A DNA stretch of 64,000 nucleotides from Chara braunii (taxonomy: Eukaryota > Plantae > Charophyceae), in the NCBI GenBank assembly GCA_003427395.1, contig BFEA01000023.1, forward strand, positions 5,328,258-5,392,257, read 5' to 3'. The position numbers and the translations under genes were made by a program. The notes below the pieces were generated by a model, which was not told where the DNA came from, made no database searches, and was given only the letters and a program-made list of their open reading frames with translations. Numbering within the stretch: position 1 is the stretch's first letter; the number at the start of each line of letters is the position of its first letter. Below, in pieces: positions 1-43,503 of this stretch.

Positions 1-297
1 GTACGTAAATGCATGTGCTTGCGCAGCGCGTAGATCCTGCTGTCGTAATTCATCGATGAACTGTGCTTCGTCCCAATAAAGCGTAAGGTTGGCAATTTCC
101 GATCCAGCGTTAGTGCCCATAGGGATGCCTACCACCTGATGACGCAGAGTGCCATCCCTTGTGTAGAGATAAGTGTTCGACACCACAAAACGCAGATGCT
201 GTTCTATCTCTGACACGGAAAGGGTGTCTGATCCATGTGAAGTAACCCACTCCCCGCGATGCGGACCTCCTAAAGTCATGTATATTTGTACTGGCCC
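1..297 (-). mobile_element. 5'-truncated inverted copy of the adjacent PLE (RT region), running off the window start
   Basis: Its reverse complement closely matches about 3629-3941. It reads in frame as EWVTSHGSDTLSVSEIEQHLRFVVSNTYLYTRDGTLRHQVVGIPMGTNAGSEIANLTLYWDE. Confidence 0.92.
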
Positions 298-328
298 AAA
301 GAGGAGCTGTCGCCCCAAAGAAACCCTA

Positions 329-3300
329 GCTAAACACGGATCAAAATGGTTCTATTATGATTCGTGCTGCCTGTTAAAGAATTTTTTTTTTAAGTGTTGG
401 GCGGACTCAGTCCGGTTCTACTCATCTGGTTGGAATAGGGGTTGTTGTGGGGGAAGCTTATAACACACGTCCTGGTCTTGCTAGCTCTCTGCTCTTGTGG
501 ATTGAGCGGCTAGGATCGGACTTGTACTAGCAGGTCATACTTTGTTGTAAGTTGGATGTGCATCATGAGGTCTGTGATCATTGCAAAATTCCGGATTTAT
601 TCAACATGCTTGGCCCGGACAAATACAAGGGCTTCTTATATTATAGTCGATTGAACTGTTTTGCTACAGCGATATGTCTCCCGTCCAGAAATGTGAGTCT
701 GCCTTGGGTCCGACGTCTGTCTCGCCTGGTGCTATGATTTCGTTGTTATGTTTTGAAACTGACCTGACTTGTACTAACATTTTGGCCTTTGCCTTGTCCA
801 TGTGATTGACCCTCTGGTTTTGCTTCAGGAACCCATGTCCTGTGGTGGCAGTCACCGTAAGGGCGCAGTTTCTTGCCCTTTCCTTCCGCGCAGTGAGTAT
901 AGTTAGCTCCCCACCCAAGGTGTGCCAAACTCAGGTGCGGAGTACTCCTACTCATCTCACCCTTGCTGGACGTTCTCCCTGACATAAACCTTGTACACAA
1001 AGTTTCGGGTGATGATCGGACACCTCCTCCGAACAGAATAGCTAATCCTGTTGTGCCCGGCGTCTGGCACGGTTGCCCAGAGCACACTGACAGGTGGAGG
1101 CATTCTGCATACTAGCCGAGCCATCACTTGGACAACTTTGTGGCGAGTACCTCCTGCATGGGAAGTCGGCAGCCTCCCTGAGCTGAGCCAACGGGCCTAA
1201 AACCCTGGACTTTTTGACTACTTTCTTTTCCTCCTCTACCAGGTTTTATAAACTTGTTCCACTTTAGAGAGTAAAATTTCCGAAATTTAAGAAATACTTC
1301 ACCCTATGATGTCAGCAACGCAACGTGAGAATCAGGAAAGGGATTTGAACGGGGATCCCTGTGCCGGTGGCGCGGCACGAACCACATATCCTTCTTGCGA
1401 TCCTCCCTGTGCTAACCCCCCTCACTCTTCCTCCAGTCACCGCTATGCGTGGCAGCCTAATAGAGTTGACTGGGTTGCACATCATGAATGGAATACTGGT
1501 CTCTATGACGCGGGTCGCTGGTTTAAGAAGCGGCTCCGCTATATAGCAGCAGCGGCCCGCGTGGAACAATTTGAACTGCAATTACGAGGCATTGATCAGA
1601 GCCTCATTCAACCAGGAATGGATGCTCTATCAGCCCCTGGGGTTATTTATGCTATTGTTCACATACCGTCTGGCTGCACATATGTTGGGCAGACGACATA
1701 TTCCGCTCACTATCATTTACAGCAGCACTGGCACTCCCGTCATTCATCTCAAACGACACACTCACGCCATAGTTACCTCTATCACTCCATGGCCAGGCAA
1801 CCTCCATTTCATTTTGTTGTCTGGCCCTTGGAGTGTATTGATCCACATTTCTATCTGAATGCTGATGGTTCCATTGATCCAGAATCATTTAAACGTGCTG
1901 CTGCTCCTCGTGAAGGGTTTTGGGTCCGACGCCTGTCCACGTTATATCCTCGGGGCTTTAACAGCGTCCTCCCACAAGGGCGATTACCGCCAGTCAGACG
2001 GTCTCGTCGCCCGAACAGGTGGATTTGTACGAGAGGCCGCCCGAATAGTCCTGCTACCCGCCCTGCAGTGCAAACTTCTGCTGATAGGCCCTTCACGATT
2101 GACACTGCCCCGGGTCCCTTCTTTGCTGTGCGCTCAGCCCTGCATCACATGCTCACACAGGCAGCCAACTCGGAATGGGAATCCATATCTCGTGCCCTCT
2201 CTCAAGCCAGCTCTGCCTGGCGCTCTTGCTTGTTGCAATGGTTGCTAATGAATGTCTCCAACTCTGAGCTCACATCGAACATTCGACAACTGGAATGCAT
2301 GATCCGTGGTCTACAATATTCACGCCAACCATATCTCAGCCCTGGACATAATGGGGCTCAATTTTTAAATTTTATTAAAGTTATGCACATGCATCAGGTT
2401 GCTCGCACCACACAACTACGAGGCGTCCTTCGGCTACCAGAGGTCGCTGAGTTACACCCACGACCTGCTCTTGCCAAGGAGATACGCATCTGTGATAAGA
2501 TGGTGCCCCCCATTCGTGTCCAGTTCTGCAATTTTACAAAAGTGGCACTTACCATAACAAGCAATATGCCTCTTCCAGACCCTGCCAATTGTCCCTGCCG
2601 ACAAGCGTTTCCACATTATGCGGACATTGTTGATGGTCATGTAGCTACAGTGCACTACAATGTTATACAAGATACACACTTGCGGGCTCTCTTCTTTGAA
2701 GGCTCCAAGTACCGCCTCAATGCCAACACCACAGATGTGATGAAAGCATTAAAACTCGGCCTGGATGAGTATATTGCCAAGTTCATAGCAGCCATGAGAT
2801 CAGCACACAACAACGAGTCTCTAATTGCCGACCGTCTCTCTCAGCTGCGCAGATGACGCACAACAATTCTTTCAAGATGCCAACGGAATCTATCTACGTC
2901 ACAGTACCAAGCACCCACTCAAGCTGTCTCGCGTGCTGCTAATACATCTCTACGGGAGCTACAACAGCAATTTGCTATAGCGCCTATTGATAAAACATCG
3001 CACAACATGGCAATCTGCTGCAAGCGCTGGTACGCGTATAAGTTATCACAGCACCTTGATAGTCCTACCTACGATTCGACATCGGAATCTGTGGCCAGCA
3101 TCCTTGACCACCATGCGCTTTTCAATCAGCGTTGAGGCTATCGACATACTGACACCCTGCCCTATCTCTACTTTGCACTTAAAGCACATAAATCCCCGCC
3201 TGGTCTTCGCCCAATTCTCGGTGTTACTTAACAAAACAACCTTTCTCGGTCTTCACTTCGCACAATACCTCGCCAGTCTTCGGTCTCCAGTTTGCATAAC

Positions 3301-4841
3301 AGACCCCCTCATAAGCCTCTTGCCAGTACAACAATGGCCTCCCGCTCACTTAGCTATGCTCTGCAAGGCGCGATCAAGTCTCTGCGCAGTAAGGACAATG
3401 AGCTTTATCAAGAAGTAGGTGTACGACGTTGTTGGATCGTACAGAGTGCTGAGGAAATCATCTTAGATCTCAAGCAAAATGCACCATCCCCTCGAGGCTG
3501 TACGCCCCATACGGCAGATTTCACAACCATGTACACTAACCTGCCACATGATAGGATTCTTAACAATGTCCTAAATGCGGTTCGTGAAGCACATGATTAC
3601 GCCTTGTTGCGTATCCCGCAGGGAAGAAGGCCAGTACAAATGTACATGACTTTAGGAGGTCCGCATCGCGGGGAGTGGGTTACTTCATGCCGGAACCTCC
3701 GACCGAGTGATCAGACACCCTTTCCATGTCAGAGATAGAACAGCATCTGCGTTTTGTGGTGTCGAATACTTATCTCTACACAAGGGATGGCACTCTGCAT
3801 CATCAGGTGGTAGGCATCCCTATGGGCACTAACACTGGACCGGAAATTGCCAACCTTACGCTTTATTGGGACGAAGCACAGTTCATCGATGAATTACGAC
3901 AGCAGGATCTACGCGCTGCGCAAGCACATGCATTTACGTACCGANTCATTGATGNCATCTTATCTTGGAAGACATTACCGCCCCCTCCTACTCGATATGG
4001 TCTTGAGTGGAAGGACACTACTGAGCAAGATGGGTCGTGTGTTTTCCTTGGGGCAAGAATCCTGGTTCGGCCGGATGACTCACTTCGCATCGGCGTCTTT
4101 GANAAGGCTGAGGCCTGGACATTCCCTGTCATATGCTACCCCGGCGCTTCCTCTAATGCCCCAGCTCATCAGCCTGCAGGTGTACTCACAGGGCAGCTGA
4201 CACGATTTGAACACATCTGCAACAATACTGCCGACTTTAAGGCTGCAGTGACTTCCCTCACACAACGAATGCTCATTAGAGGCCATCCCCCCAGTGTCCT
4301 GGCCAGAGGTTGGAATGCATACGTGCGCGGCCGGCAGCGCCAGTTACCCACTCATGTTACACGGCTTTCGAACTGGTTTCGACGCATGGTACGCTTGCCC
4401 ACCCACTCCCGAATGCAAAATTTGTTCGCAGGTCTTTCGCACAACCGCACGCAATAGGAAACATCCCACAGCCCGACCAACATCAGCCCTCCACAGCTGA
4501 AATTCCAAATGCTAATGAGAATACGCCAACCCGACAGGAGACCGAACCAATCGCAACAAATTTGGCCGAAGTGGCTGCAAGGGAGGAGGGCCAGCATCCT
4601 ACGAATACGGTGGCAGTTCCACCGCCGCCATCGCCGCCATCACCACCTCTGCCACCACCACCGCCATCATCATCACCACGACTGCCCCCTGCCCTATCAC
4701 CACTACCCTCCCCACCACCTTCAGCACCACTATCGCAGCCGCCGTCGCTGCCAGCATCATCGTCATCAACCTCAAGATCATCATCACCATCATCACATTC
4801 ATGGTCGGATCATAATAGAACCATTTTGATCCGTGTTTAGC
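329..4841 (+). mobile_element. Penelope-like retroelement with N-terminal GIY-YIG endonuclease (Chlamys/Naiad type), inactivated
   Basis: Domain order EN-CxC-RT. Perfect 33-bp inverted repeat at 329-361 and 4809-4841. The 3' end abuts a (TG)n microsatellite. Confidence 0.88.
1306..4808 (+). pseudogene. GIY-YIG endonuclease-CxC-reverse transcriptase polyprotein, disrupted
   Basis: GIY-YIG motifs GVIYAI..TYVGQT and REGFWV..YPRGFN. Linker NCPC..DGHV..GSKYR. RT motifs PIDKTSHN, LPYLY..KAHK, RPI, TADFTTMYTNLPH, GIPMGTN, YRxIDxIL and FLG. In-frame stops TGA 2854, TGA 3133 and TAA 3229. Frameshifts near 3700 and about 4390. Pro/Ser-rich tail. Confidence 0.9.
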
Positions 4842-4961
4842 GTGGGTGTGTGTGTGTGTGTGTGTGTGTGGGTGTGTGTGTGTGTCTGTGGGTGGGTGTG
4901 CATGTGTGTGTGTGTGCGTGTGTGTGTGTATGTGTGTGTGTATGTGTGTGTGTGTGTGAGT

Positions 4962-5004
<43 letters not shown>
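4842..5004. repeat. (TG)n microsatellite, PLE insertion site
   Basis: Directly visible. Confidence 0.95.
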
Positions 5005-5005
<1 letters not shown>

Positions 5006-5994
5006 CGTTAAAGCACCCCGAATTCTCTCTCTCATTTCCTCCACAAGTCATCACAAACCATCCATAACGAAAAAGTATAGATAGACAACATGCAAGGTTG
5101 GCCACGTTTGTGTGGGTCAGCGCCAAGTGCCCACACACCCGTCCGCCGCCGAAGCGGCCCACTTGCACATATACATATTTACATATATTTATTTGATCCA
5201 TAAAAGGGCAAAGGGCAAAAAGCAACTTACCTAAGACAGACTCCACCAGCAAAAGAGAGTACCTACCCCATCGGCCAGAGGTCCCAAAACATATTTGGGA
5301 GAGCCCTACACATCGGCCCACAAAGGCTACGCTAACAAAAAAGCACCAATCACACATGCCAACGATCTAAAAAAATAAACAGAGCCCTCTGTGACGGCCT
5401 ACAACGCCACCACAAAAATAAAAAATACACCGCAGGACCTGTACGCAATACCAAGAGTGCCATGAACCTTCCCCTGCCGCGCAACCTGCAGAATCGGATG
5501 ATGTCCTACTGCTACAGCGAGGCTACTGCTAGTACTATGCCGCATTCCACAAGATCGCCACGCGACACCAGGAATGCTACTGATTAAAACACCCAAGAAG
5601 CTTGTAAGCTACCCCATTCTCCATGTGCTCTGAAAGAGCAGCCCGCCAGAATGACACCCACAGCAAACACTCTCTGAGCCTCCTCGCAGAGATATTGTGG
5701 CCAAAACCTCACACTCCCACACCAGGAAAAACTTGTGGCCACCCACAGACATTACTTCCTCGACAAGACAGCCCATGCTGCAAAGCAGGGCACAGAATTA
5801 GGCCATGCATAAAAAAACAAACCAACAAAACACAGAGGAAAGAGTATTGGTACGAGCCCGATCCTAACCGCTCAAATCTGCCAAGGCAGAGAGCTAGCAA
5901 GACGGGAATATGTGTTGCTAAAGCACCCCAAATTCTTTCTCTCGTTTCCTCCACAAATCATAACAAACCATCCATAACGCAAAAGTACAGATAG
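5006..5994 (-). mobile_element. Non-autonomous PLE-related element with about 78-bp direct terminal repeats (pseudo-LTRs)
   Basis: Direct repeats at 5006-5083 and 5917-5994. (TG)n on both flanks. 5850-5916 is inverse-homologous to the PLE 5' region 462-527. Confidence 0.7.
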
Positions 5995-6035
5995 TGTGTC
6001 TCTGTGTGTGTGTGTGTGTGCGCGCGCGCGCGCAC

Positions 6036-6100
<65 letters not shown>
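5995..6100. repeat. Compound (TG)n-(CG)n-(GA)n microsatellite
   Basis: Directly visible. Confidence 0.95.
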
Positions 6101-6103
<3 letters not shown>

Positions 6104-6229
6104 GAAGACGGAGATCAAAAAGTAAAATGCACGAAAAGACGAGGGAAAAAGATGTGAGGGTTCGGAGAGGAAAGAAAAGAAATCGAGATGGGGAGTATAA
6201 GAGTAGGAGACTGCAATCACCATGGTAGA

Positions 6230-8200
6230 GCCGACAATAATAACCAAGCCACGAAAGGAGGATGGCAGCAATCCCTGAAATACAAACACCTGCTGATTAA
6301 AGATGAATGAACTGCAGCCAAATGAATTGGCCATGGCGTTCCACATCAGACTCAGTGGCATATAAAAGCAAGAATAATCTTCATCATCTCCCAACGCACA
6401 GACATGCCATTCAAATATTTGGAAAAGGTGTCAACACACTGCAGCCAGCTGCAGACTGCAACAGGATGAAGCGGTCAGATATAAGGGAATGTGCACAATG
6501 CCCAAAATTGAGTTGCTTTCATATACAGTCCGTCATCAAAAATACACTATATACACTTTTTTTACCTTCACAATCCTGCTGGCTAGCTCAATCGACGCAG
6601 CTCCACACGCAGTTTCCACAGTGCGACCACCTCTTCGGCAACCCACCTCCTCTACGATCATCTTATCCATACACAAAGGGCAAAAGCGTTGGGACTCTTT
6701 TGTAGGACACGGACGCCTTCGATTCGTCATGTGGATGCTCCGTGTCTTCTCTTGGGTGCAACCCTTCCTTTCAGCTTCTTGATGCTCCACGCGTGTCTTC
6801 TCATCTTGTAAGCAACCCTCTGTGTCACAAATGGCCGTCTTTCTTCTGACATCTCCTCCCTCCGTACCTGTCCTGTGATCTCATTCCAAGAAAAATCGTC
6901 CATTACTTGCATGTCAGAGTCAGGACTCGCGATACCCAGCCCACCATCCACCGTCACACCCGCCAAAGAAGACCTGCTTGCTGAGGGTCTGTTGCACTGA
7001 CATCACCTTGTTGCCGTGGTGGCATTTAATTCACAAGACGATGCAGTGCTGGAAGATTCACGGGCGCACTGACCAAACTGTCTCCAACGGATCGCCGGTA
7101 AACGAATAAGACCCCGCATCCTGCGCCCCCTTGCCAACAACCCTGACCGACTGCCAGATCGACCTTTGTTAGTGTCCGCCAGAAGTCCGACGAATGAGTC
7201 CTCTGCGATCCCATGCAGAGCCGTTCCATTCACAACAGCATCGTCCAGCAACTTGCCCTTTCCTAACGCCTTTGTGCAAGGAAGGTGTCTCGATCTCCAG
7301 GGCTTTCACGATGATGTGGTTGACCCTCTCCACCGACCACCGACTGCTGCCTCTCACATTTCACTTAATCAACTTCTTGTTGGTTGCCGTCCCTGAAATC
7401 AAAGCTCGAGGTCCGTGGATCGACTCCTGCTCCAGAAGATCCTCGAAGTCCAAAGATCCTTGAAGGTTGCGTTCTATGGTATACAACAGCCGGCACCAAT
7501 TGCGCTTTCCTCCATTCCTAAGGTAATATGAGATCCATTCCTAAGGTAATATGAGAGAGAATGAAGTCCAGTGCACAGATTGCTCAAGGACAACAACAAT
7601 GGAGAGGCAAAGGCGTGGAGTTATACNNNNNNNNNNNNNNNNNNNNNNNNNNNNNNNNNNNNNNNNNNNNNNNNNNNNNNNNNNNNNNNNNNNNNNNNNN
7701 NNNNNNNNNNNNNNNNNNNNNNNNNNNNNNNNNNNNNNNNNNNNNNNNNNNNNNNNNNNNNNNNNNNNNNNNNNNNNNNNNNNNNNNNNNNNNNNNNNNN
7801 NNNNNNNNNNNGCTCTAAGGAGTCTATTGATCAAAAGCTCCACTTCCATCACTCTATGTGCCACATGTTCCAGATTCCCGCGTAAAAAAAGCCAGAACCT
7901 TATCGAGGGCGATCTACCACAGCCCCAACATCTGGCGTACTCTTGTGTGCTTTACGAGTAAGTTAAAAACCCGGGCCAATAGCCCAACTGACCCAATGCA
8001 GTCGTGGCAGTCAGCATCAAGTTTCGCTAAAAATATTTTGGTTCGGAAAGAAGGGGGAAGAAAACGGACATAAAAGGGGGCCAAGATCTGGCAAGCCATA
8101 CCTCACCCGACTCAGCCACCGGATGGCTCTCTCGTCCATCCACCTTGTACCCCGCGTCCTTCATCTCATGCGAGTCCAGTCCTTTTCATCGAGACCGACT
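6230..8200 (-). mobile_element. Highly decayed L1-like LINE remnant (ORF1 end and APE endonuclease start), tentative
   Basis: Only broken motif resemblances: ARVFNL, PRLCL..C (ORF1-like), ALW..G, KKVYIVYF, IHLAAVH, VIIVG (APE-like). Many stops and frameshifts. Confidence 0.3.
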
Positions 8201-9212
8201 CTCCTGCTTAGAACGTAAGCAGCCACTGTTGCCAGCCAGAGATGCACCGCCTCACACAACACATTTCCAATCCAACTCTCCATTAACGATATAAACGGCA
8301 AAAATTTGATTCAAAAGTTGACGAATTCATGTACGTGTATCTTCGACAAGTCTCAGTCCATCTTCCGACTTCTCTTATTCAAATTAACGACCAAAAATGC
8401 CAGGGCACAATGCGCGAGCTGCCATCCCGATCAAACTCTACCACACGCTTTGAAACAAACCCATCATACCTTGTCACACTTCACCCCTCTGCCAACTCCA
8501 CTTCCATCTTCCTCCTCCAACGATTTCCCTGTGTTGCTCTTCGCCTTTTTATGGGAATCAACCAACCTTCTCCCTTCCATTCCCAGCAGCATGTAATTGT
8601 CCTGCCCCTTCGATAACAGCAAGTCAAACGTTGGCGCAGTGCTTCGCAGAGCATACTCCATCCAGTTTGCTATATTTGCCGTACCAGTTCCCAGACCAGT
8701 CACTTTTGTAGACAGTACCGATGGCATTGACAGTACCAAAAGCACAGAGAGATGGGGATGAAAATCCGCACCTCTGGCTGGAGTCTGGACCGTGCGCCAT
8801 GATATACCAGAGCACCTGCTTTCTCAACCACTGGGTGAAGGCTTGAAGATATTCCACTACCGAGCTCTGAAACATACGTTGCGAAACTTGCAGCGAAGAA
8901 CCTCTGCTGGCATGGCCGCAGCCGTCGCTCATGACCACCTTCATTCGCCACACTTGTACCGGACAATACCTCTCACTTGCAAATAGTGCCACACACTATC
9001 CCAGGCAGTGCACTCCTATCCCTGGCACACCACTTGTAGACTTACATGAATGTGCTCTCTCACAAACGACAGTGACACCTATCATCATATTCATGACAGC
9101 CATTACAATAGCCATTCTCCATACACCACCGATTCCCACCATAATCACATCAGATTCACCACCATCATCACTACCCTTTCCACAATCATATCATCCTAGA
9201 TGACTCACAGAT

Positions 9213-9290
<78 letters not shown>

Positions 9291-9416
9291 NNNNNNNNNN
9301 NNNNNNNNNNNNNNNNNNNNNNNNNNNNNNNNNNNNNNNNNNNNNNNNNNNNNNNNNNNNNNNNNNNNNNNNNNNNNNNNNNNNNNNNNNNNNNNNNNNN
9401 NNNNNNNNNNNNNNNN

Positions 9417-9450
<34 letters not shown>

Positions 9451-9995
9451 AGCATGCATGCCCACACACACAAACACACACTCGAACAAAGACATACAGT
9501 GCCACTCTGACATGACCCCTTTTTTCCCTGATCAGGCACACCATTGCCCAAGGGGAAGCTGTACCAACTAGAAGCATACAGCTGACATAAGCTGCAACTG
9601 AACAGCCAGTTTGGGCCCCTGACCTGGCCCTTTGAGAAGACTACAACAAACTTCACAAAACACTCCTTTTCACCTGGTTGCCTTTCCCAGATAAAGGAAA
9701 GATCGGCCCCTCATTCATCCAGCCTGTTCTGGTGGCTGCGCCTTCAAAATAATCATCCCACAAGCAGACGGAAATATTTACCCAACACAGCATCTCTACT
9801 GATGTGCGTTGTACAGGCACACGGACATGCGACGCTATGTCACAAACTGACGCTATTCCATTTCTTCAAACGAATTCAGAGCACTCGCAAACCAATCTTT
9901 CAGACACCCAACAACTTGTAAATGCAATCATTCGCCGCTTTTTGCACAGCAGTTTACTTGGGATGCTCACCGAGCCTCAGAAGATGGTTGTGCTT

Positions 9996-41086
<31,091 letters not shown>

Positions 41087-43404
41087 CGTTCTGGAACATA
41101 GAGAGGCGGAACAGAAAGACGAGAAGCGAGCAAAGAACGTTTAAAAAAAGAACTGAACGAAATCAACAAGTACCCAGCAAAAAAGAAAGCACCAGGGCGA
41201 GGGGAAACGGGAAAAAAAAAAAAAAAAAAAAAGGGGAAAAAGACAATACGTGGAACGGAGGGAGTGATTAGAGTATATAGAGAGAACGAGGAAGGTCGAG
41301 TTACAGGCGACAAAAATTTAACTGAGGTCATACTCACACTGGGAATTTTGACACGTATTTAAGGGCGTGATCGCGGTCAGATGCATGCGAGTACACGCGT
41401 AAAAACGGTCCGATACATTAAAGATAAAGCCAGTGTTAGCACGCCCTCCCTCTGCAAAATAGAAAACGAGAGAAATGAGGAGAGAGCAATGAAGCGACTA
41501 AGAGTGACAGGGAAGAGTCAATGGAGAAGGCAGGAGAGTCAAGAGAGCGGAGTACAACCTGTGTCATTACATTGAACGGCGAAGAGAGTGGAAACGCGGA
41601 GCGATTGATAAGCAGCGAACACGTGAGGATGCAAGAGTGCAATGGGGACTGACGAACTGCAGAAGTAGTAAGGTGGGGTAATCAACTTGAAGAGAGATGC
41701 AAACAAGCGTGACAACGAGACAAGAGAACAGAGAGGCCAAGAGAGAGGAGAGCCGTGTACTGGTGCCGTGTACTGGTGGTTTACCGATCGCGGTAAGAGC
41801 AACACTGTCTAGAAAGGAGAGAGTGGAAGGGGTAGAAGGGACTGAAAGAAAATAGGGAAGGGAGCCGAAGGGAGAAAGAAGCACGCGGTATCGGAATGGC
41901 GCGGGAGAGAGGAGAGAACGCAGGACGGAGAACGGCGAGGTAGAAAACAGGGCGGGGAAGAGAACTTCAAGAGAGAGAGAAGACCGTCGAAGAGAGAAGA
42001 CGGTCGGGGAAGAGAATGGCAGGACAGAGGGAACGGCGAGCAGAGAATCGCAAAACGTCGGAGAGGAGAGAAACGGCGGGAAAAAGAGAACAGCGGGCAC
42101 GAACAGAAATGGCGTGAGGGAGAGAAACGGCGGGAAAAAGAGAATAGCGGGGAGGAACAGAACTGGCGGGAGGGAGAGAAACGGCGGAAAACAGAGAACG
42201 TGGCGGGAAGGAGGCAGCGGAGAAAAGACAGAACGGTCGGCACGAGATCATCGACGATGATCGCGGGAACGGAGCGCCAGCGGGAAGGGGACGGCGGGCA
42301 GAGGAGGATGGCGGAAGGAGGAAGACAGCGGGGAGAAGGGACGTCAAGCAGTGGAGAGAACGGTGCGGTGGAGACGACACTGGGGGAGGAGATATCTGAG
42401 AGAAAAGAATAGAGAAGAATGAAAACGAAGAAGACTGGAAACTGGTGTGAAAACCAAAGAACAAGAGGAAAGTATGGTGTACCGGCGTACTACAAGCGAA
42501 GGAGTAAGAGTGAAAGAGAGAGGAACGAACCAGAGGGAACCGAAGATCAAAAATTTGGGGTGAGACAAGTGATGGAGAGAGATGAAGAGGAGGAGAAAAA
42601 GAAACAAAGGAGAGCGGGCAAACGACCGAAAAGAGGGAAGAGAGAATGCACGACCGCACGGAACGAAAAGGGAATGGGCAAGAAACACAGAACAGTGGAG
42701 AGCGACAATGAAGAAGGACGAGGATAAGTAATGAAAAACAACAAGAAAGAGATTGTAAAAGCGATTTGCAGAAGTCGAAGAAGGGGAGAAGAGGACACAG
42801 GTGAGTGCTGAATATAGAGAGGCAAACGGAATGATTTAACAGAAAAGCCGAGCGAGTGAAGGAATGAACAGAGTTGCGTACTATTGACAAAGCGGAGAGC
42901 AAATGATGACATAAGGAAGAGAACCAAGGAGCTGACAACGGCAGGGATGAAACGCCGAGAACGACCGCAGGCACCGACCGAGAACTCGTCCGCCGAAGAT
43001 GATGGAAAGAGAAAAGTGGGAAAAAAAAAAAAAAAAGTGGGGTTGGAGAAGAGGGGAACGACAGAAGAATGGTATGTGTATGGAACCCGCCCGTAAGAGT
43101 AGGGAGAGACGCCAAGAGGGGTGAGAGAGGACGGGAGCGGCAGATGGATAGAATTGGCAGATCCTAGGAAGGCGGGGAAGTGGCTATAGACCTCCCTCCA
43201 CCGGAGAGACAGAGCGCCTCGCGCGGAGTATAGGGGACTGAGGGAAGGACGTTAAGAGACTGCCGGCATCAACGTAACCGCGAACAGATGGGGAACCTAG
43301 GACAGGATGACTGGCTAGGAGACATGACGGGAATACGAGAAGACGGAAAAGACCTGATGACAGACCTGAGGCAACAGAGACATGGAAACAAGACTCAAAC
43401 CAAG

Positions 43405-43503
43405 GAAGGGGAGGAAGGGAAGGAAGGGAAGGAAGGGGAGGAAGGGGAGGAAGGGGAGGAAAGGGAGGAAGGGGAGGAAGGGGAGGAAGGGGAGGAAGGG
43501 GAG
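43405..43503. repeat. (GGAAGGGGA)n 9-mer tandem repeat
   Basis: Directly visible. Confidence 0.9.

Noticed and set aside
1005-1205. Hammerhead in the left PLE leader (gTGATGATcgga..tccgAAC; CTGAGCTGA..)
   Set aside because: Core nucleotides and stems I and III are missing.
2854-3231. In-frame TGA codons as selenocysteine recoding, as in some Naiads
   Set aside because: The same frame also has a TAA and two frameshifts. The TGAs fit TGG>TGA decay, and no SECIS element was recognised.
4599-6394. ORFs running through (TG)n and (GA)n tracts, and similar ORFs over N gaps elsewhere
   Set aside because: They are microsatellite or gap translation artefacts.
7513-7558. 23-bp tandem duplication ccattcctaaggtaatatgaga
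   Set aside because: It lies close to an N gap and is likely slippage or an assembly artefact.
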